Assembly (NCBI RefSeq): GCF_009914755.1
Contig: NC_060933.1
Length of the DNA: 64,000 nt
Strand: one strand, 5' to 3'
DNA from: the human T2T-CHM13v2.0 reference genome, Homo sapiens
Part shown: positions 57,413-64,000 of the stretch, in pieces
Position numbering within the stretch: the first letter of the stretch is position 1
Layout of the letters: the number at the start of each line of letters is the position of its first letter
Program-made: the position numbers and the translations under genes
The notes under the pieces: model-generated
The model's database searches: none
Told to the model about the DNA's origin: nothing
The model's input: the letters and a program-made list of their open reading frames with translations, nothing else

Positions 57413-57580
57413 AGGCTGGCACAGTGTCTCATGCCTGTAATTCCAGCACACTGGGATGCTGAGGCAGGCAGATTACTTGAGCCTAGGAGTTCAAGACCAG
57501 CCTGGGCAACATAGCAGGACCCCATCTCAAGACATAAAAAACAAATGGAATAAAATAAAATAAGATAAAATAAAATAATA
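57413..57580 (+). mobile_element. Alu left monomer (FLAM_C-like) with (TAAAA)n tail
   Basis: ggctggcacagtgtctcatgcctgtaat...cttgagcctaggagttcaagaccagcctgggcaacatagc; no right arm. Confidence 0.88.
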
Positions 57581-57819
57581 GTTTATAGTCAGAGTATTTA
57601 AAATATTTAGCTACTGATAAAACTCGTTTATTCAGAATGATTCATGCACTGAGAGCTATTGTTAGACAAGATGTTTCTGTAATTATTTTTGTAAAGTGTA
57701 ATTTTTTTCAAAAACTAAACAGGTTTGAGGACATTTTTTTCAACAGACTGTCTTCTGAGGTGTATGTATCATGTTTTTGTTTAAGGGACAGACCAGTCAA
57801 TAAGGTCACTAACCAAGCA

Positions 57820-58520
57820 TTGAAACAAAGCCTACAAGAGTATTATATGTCAGAGATGTTGTGTATGCGGTACTAAAGCAATAGGTAGAGACAAATAAAT
57901 TAGTGGATTTAATTCAAAAGAGAAAAATCATTCAAATTCAGCCAAAATGGGCATTTTTGTTCCTCTACCTATCAAAAATAGGTTCTGGTTCTTTAGTCAT
58001 GAAATATACAAACAAGTTCCAAAAGTGTTACATGTTCCATGATAGAGGAATGTAACAGAGTCGGGAAAAAATAGAAGAGGAGGCTAACTTTACCCCCTAG
58101 GAAGAGTTAAAAATGCTTTATTAAATAGGCACTAAGCTGAATCTTGAAAAGGAGACAGTGTTATCAGGCACAAGTAGATGTAAGAAGGAAAGTTGGTGGA
58201 CAGGCCTACAATGCATGCTTAATAAAGGCAGCTGAAGGAATGAGTATATGCATGAGGAAATGGAACTGTGTCAGTAAAAGATGGGAAATATAAAATACTC
58301 TGAGACATGAATATGTTATAAACCAATTCACTATGGCTATAGCACAGACTACACTGTAGGGCATGATGAAAGGTAAAGCTTGTGATATATAGGCAAGGGT
58401 GAATGATAGAATGTTTTCTCTAAATTAGAATTACTCTAAAGGCAATGAGAATCATTTAAAAGTCTTAATAGAGGAATATTATAGTCATTTTTTGAAATCA
58501 TATGACAACAATATAAAGGA
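57820..58520 (-). mobile_element. Decayed L2 fragments
   Basis: Purine-rich antisense L2-like motifs (taagctgaatcttgaa; aaaggcaatgagaatcatttaaaagtctt). Confidence 0.5.
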
Positions 58521-58829
58521 AGAAACAAATGAAATTGATTTAAAATATAAGTTACAAAATTCATAAAGTTCCGCCACCCCTCCAGTGGAAGTATCTAGGA
58601 TTAGCACAGCTGACACCTAATTGGGTTAAGGAGAGTGGTGAAATTCCATGCAAATGAGAGAAGTGAGTTCACTATTTGCACTAACAATAATTCACATCAT
58701 TATCTGATTTCCTATAGTCATACAGAGCGGTTGTGATGTAATTAATAGTAGAAAATGTTAATATTGATTCGATATGAGATTTGGAGTTGGAAAAGCAGAA
58801 GGTAAGGTGGACCAATACATTGAGTGCAT

Positions 58830-59350
58830 TGAAGCAAAAATACACCAAAGTTGAACAGGTAGTAGAGACATTATACAAGGCATTTGCAATAAAGGAGAAG
58901 GACCAGAGCTCAGCGTGAACTTAACTCCACTGAGACAGGGGAGATCTTGGGCTAACTGTATTTGCTAATTGGGTGTACCAAAAGGAAAAGTAAACTTTCT
59001 TTATCCTCATAACAAAAGATAGATCTACAACTTGGAGCAAGGTGCCCACTAAAATTAGCCTCCTTCTCTCCCACAGAGACTGGCAGGTAAGGGTGCTATC
59101 TTCCTTGATGATTACATTTCAAAAGAATGATGCCCAGGTCCTTGAGAAATTCTACACCTGGGCTGCAAAACTGGCAAGAAGCATTTCAAAAAATTTACAT
59201 CTCAAAGGGGCACAGAAAGAATTTTAAATTACAAATTACAATTTTTTAATGTAAATTCCTGAAGAATAGGGAGCTCGGAGGCCTAGAGTCAAGAAGAAAC
59301 CTCTCTAAAATGTAGTCAAAATGAGGGGAATGTCAAGGTCCTCTTAGTCA
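58830..59350 (-). mobile_element. MER67/MER31-family solo LTR
   Basis: Contains ctcccacagagactgg...gatgattacatttcaaaag...caggtccttgagaaa; ends gaggggaatgtcaaggtcctcttagtca; homologous to 5260-5598. Confidence 0.82.
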
Positions 59351-59875
59351 GTGGGAAGAAAATGACTAAAATGATACACAGTGGAGTCAAGCCTAAGTGG
59401 TAGAAACTGGGGAAACCAGCAGACAGGTGATGGATTGAAAGGGATGTATTATGAGGTCTAAGGACAAAGTATAGAGCATGTGAAGAACTGAGAAAGGAGC
59501 ATATACATGAGATGGTGGTAAATGTTTATGTATTTTCATATTGCAAGTTAACATTTTGGGATGAGAATATTTTGGCTTCATTATGAATATGGGTTACTGA
59601 TATGAAAGTATCAGTAACCTTGGTTAAGGTATTAAAACCAAGGAAGAAAAACTGAGGGTAGATAACACTAATGAGAGCCTTTTTCAGTGCTAGCTTTGTG
59701 CCAAACATACAGTATTTCATGTAACTCTAGCTCTAATCCTCACATTGTGAGAAACGCTGCCAGATTACTTTTCCCTTACTTGAACACATTCTTGCAATAC
59801 TTCATTTAAAAGCACTGTTTGAAACCTGGTGTAAACTAAATGTCCTGTATTGTCAGGATTTTGGAGTATTTGTGA

Positions 59876-59879
<4 letters not shown>

Positions 59880-59917
<38 letters not shown>
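59880..59917. repeat. (TG)n microsatellite
   Basis: Directly visible. Confidence 0.97.
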
Positions 59918-59919
<2 letters not shown>

Positions 59920-62900
59920 CATTCTTTGTTTCTTTTTATTTTTGTTTCTCAACATACAGATAGACTCTTAAGGCTTCTAACTCCCTCCACATGCCTTTCT
60001 CAGCTTTTCTAAATTAGCTATTTTAATCTGAGAAATAAAATAGTCAGGCTTGCTGAATTTTAAGGAAACTGGAAATAATTAATATTTATCACTGCTCGGA
60101 AATTGAGTGGGAGTGGAGAGAATTACTTTTTACTGTAAATACTTCTTTATTATTAGAATTTATTAAAATAAACCTTAGATATTTAAAAAGGTATTTTAAA
60201 AATTATATGTAGATTAATTCTGCTTTAAGTGAACACCTGAGGGACCTTCCCCTGACAAAAATTAGTGAGCATTAATGTATGAGCTTTATGGCCTCTATTT
60301 TTATTGCCTAGAGGTCTTTTGGGTGTCCTTTTCGATTTATCAGTGCCCTCTAGATATGTGAGGTCACAAAGTTTTTGAGTTTTCAATACACAGAACATTA
60401 TTGTATTCACACATTTCCTCATTTCGGAAGACAAGAATAGTGGGAAAAAAAATTCTGGCTCAATTATTTAGCAGTGAAGTGGTTAAAAGCCCCACTGCAG
60501 CTGATTTCAAAGTTTTAGTGTGATTTGCTCTTGAAAAATGTTTTCTCTTGTCATCACTGGAGAGTACTCTGCTCTTCTCATATTATGCATAACAAAATCT
60601 CGGTCAGAATAGGGAAAAACATCAATTATTAATTAGACATAAATTATTCCTAATCTACACACAATGCCTAATCCCTGGTTCACAGAAATGCAAACTGTGC
60701 TTCAAAAACAATATGTTAACGAGTCATTTGTCTGCAGAAGACAGGAGCCCAATTTCAACATAAAATATAGAACAAATACTTCAAGCTAATTTCAAGGAAT
60801 ATGCTGATGGAAGTTATCCAGAACTGCAAAGAAATGGAAAACCATGCAAACAAAATACTCACAATGTGAACCTGCCTCTTGGTACATAAAAACTAGTGTG
60901 TGTATGGTAGCTTTTTTTTCAATTCTCTAAGAAAATTAAGAGTTGTCTGAAAATTAATACTAGTTACCTCTTTACTATAAATAGTAAAAACAGCAAATAA
61001 GTAACAAAGGAAGGGATGATGGCTTTATGAGGCCAAATTTTCTTTAGCCTATTAGGACACTCAGAACATTAAATACATTGCAGAAGCTAGAAAAACTGGT
61101 AGACTATAAACAGAAGCAATTAAAATTGCTAATTAAAAAAAAAAAGAGAGAGAGAGACTCGTAGACAAGTAATCTAGCCCAAACCAGGCAACACATGAAT
61201 CCTTTCCTATTCAAGTTAACTTCAATAGTTTTCATGGTAACAGTTGTGGCCAGATGCTGAAGCTTTCCTCCATACCTCCAGCTCCATATATCCTCCACAT
61301 ACCCAGCATCAAAGTCACAGATACAGGAAAGGTTATTCTGCTACACTTTCCCAGAAAGATGGGGAATTTTCCTGATCTAAAACATCTCTAGATAGATTTC
61401 ACTTCATATTCCAGGTCTCAGAAATTGCACAGTTTAAATGTATAATATAAATGTATTATGTTAAAATGCTGTAAGAAAGGACAGGTTTTATGGTATTTTA
61501 TCACTCACTTAGAGTTATTTATTCTAGGCAATGGTTTTAAGAATACGGGTACAGAGTAATGCACCATTTTCTAATGTATTTTCACTAAAAACTGATCCTT
61601 AAATCCTCCTGAAAAAAAAAGAAAGACTCTGTGGTCAATACATTTGGCAAACTATGCATCTGTAGGGATGGGGCATGCTCCTTTTTCTTAATCTCTTATC
61701 TCTCCTTTCCTCAAAGAGGAGGATTTATTATTCTGATTGGACAGACTTCAGAACATTTATTTTAGCCCAATTTATTATTGGGTGGGGTAAATAATGCTTT
61801 AGAACACGCATTTATGGCATTGTCCCCTTAAACACCTGTTTTGGTTGCAGCTGCACAGGTTAACTAAACTGAGCCTCTTCTTTGGACCCAGCCCTCTGGC
61901 TTTTCTTTTTCTTTCTGTGTGTTGTTTTCCTCCAGCACTGCCTGCTATGCAGTTTGGTGACAAGTGCAATCTAGCTATCTTGATTTTCTCCTTTTTGTTC
62001 TTTTATGCATTTCATTTATAGAATGAGTTGAGAATTATGCTAGTATTTACTCAGAGTAGGTCTAATATCTTCTTATTTTCATTTAAATATATAGTAAACT
62101 GGCTTCCAGCTTATTTCAGCTGGCCATATTGGTCTTTGAATAAATGGAATCACATTGGTAAGTTTGGGTCAGTGAACAGATATCATTTATTTCTGCACAT
62201 CTTACCAGCATACTTAAGAGACTTCACTGGAGGAGTATCAGGCATTCACATTATTAATATTAAAATGGTACTCTGAGTTCCTATTTATTATTGTTATTGC
62301 TTCTTCTGTATACCGCTTCCTCTGGAGACCACATGAAGAGAAAATGTGATTAGTACAAGCCAAGTTAGGAAGCTCCTGGGCCTCCTGGCCATAATACCTT
62401 CCTAATGCTATCAAAACTTACTATTATTTCTAATATGTAATGTCTCCAGCTCAGGGAGTCCCAAACTACTTGCATATATTAAATAAAGTATATTGAAAGT
62501 CTTACACAAAAAAAGCTCTTTAAGTATATAACACTGTGTTCTGAAATATTTAGTGATGGATTTTTTTTTAACTCCCGTGGTATTGCACATTTCTTATGGA
62601 AAGGATATCCTAGAGACATTATTTGGGAACTTCTGCTCCAGAATGACAGTGAGAATATAAACAATTGTCTATGTAATCGCCCAAAAAGTAACAATTTGGC
62701 CTAAATTGCCTCTAAAACTGCCTAATTCTTCACTTCAATCTACATATGTAAATTTTCCTTAAACTAATGATACTGGAAACAAAAACTTCACTCAACCAGA
62801 ATATAACTCAAATAGTAGTAGTAGTTGATTCTCTAAAAACGTATTTTACTTCTAACTTTTGCATGTAAGTGTTCTAGGAATCTTTCTTAACAATAGTTAG

Positions 62901-64000
62901 ATCTTGAAGAAATCAAACACTGAGTAACACTTTACAGATTACTCATACACCTTTTATTTCTTGTTAAATATCTATTTTGTAGAATATTTTTATGTCACAA
63001 TATTCTTTATCTCTTTGATTACTCCCGAGTCTCTCTGAAATTCAGAATAAGCTCCCGTGCTATTTAACCGAGAGGAATAACCTATGATTACCACGTGGAA
63101 TTTTTCTCACTTACCTTTCTCTAAGATACATTTCTGTATCATAGTCATATCAATGAAATTCTAATGTCACTTTAGATACATTCAAATATAATACAGAATT
63201 GAATAAAGCCTTCTTATTTTTTGAGATTATGAAAGCATGTATTTAATATTGTTAGTTTATTTTTAAAATATATAATGGTTCTTTTAGTCACAGAGGAGCT
63301 AAATACATGTACTTTAATGTAAAGAAAATTTTTATAATACAGTGTTCATTAGCACAATTGAATAATAACTAAGGAATAAAATCGTATCTGGCAGGCAGCA
63401 TCTGCATGAAACAAAATTGACTGCTTCTCCAGCCAATAGTCTACTTTCTGTTATTGATGAATAAGAAATAAATGAAAATTCCTTAATACCAGTTTGGTCT
63501 AGAAGGGTTTGTTTAAAGTAACTAAGCCTCTAATTATGATGTACCTATGTGAGAAACCCAGGACCTGAAAAAGCCAGGCATAATATATTTTGAGTATATT
63601 TAAGGAAATGCTATTTTTCTGTTTAAGATGCCTCATTCCTAAAAACAAGAAAATGGCAGAAAATCTTTCTGGAACTTCATGGTCATAAGTTGTTTGAAGG
63701 AGTGTAAGTTTTTTGTTCTCAGAGAGCAAAATATAAGTGGGCTCTTTGAGTTACAGCAAGAACCACCACATCCGGATACTTCCAATAGAGCCCAGGTTTA
63801 AAATCTAGGAACAGATTTCACAGGGAAGACTACAGTCATTACTTGAATCAAAGTCAGTAACTAAGACTCAATTGGACTTTCAAAGGAAGTTTCAAATTTC
63901 AACCTCAGTTAGATTTTAGAGACATCCTGAGCCACTGATTCCCCAAATATCCTTTACAAAGAAAAATAATTTCCTATACCAAACAACTTTCAAAAAATTG

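Overview
This is AT-rich, gene-poor primate genomic DNA, almost certainly human because it carries an AluYb9-type insertion. I found no host protein-coding exon, RNA gene or CpG island. Nearly all listed ORFs are retroelement remnants or chance ORFs. The core is a ~20 kb retroelement block (15008-35320) with three parts: a full-length L1PA6-like element with TSDs and an intact antisense ORF0; a complete THE1 MaLR; and a full-span L1PB that hosts an internally deleted HERV-H/F-clade provirus and an inverted L1PA fragment. Elsewhere are a second complete THE1, several solo LTRs, Alus, old L1M/L2/MIR fragments, hAT MITEs and microsatellites. Subfamily names come from recalled consensus sequences, not from a database search. 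I see no convincing new biological system. The best leads are the preserved ORF0 with its splice donor, the young mosaic AluYb9, the nested ERV/L1 structure, a long inverted L1 repeat, and a non-canonical terminus shared by both LTRs of one THE1.
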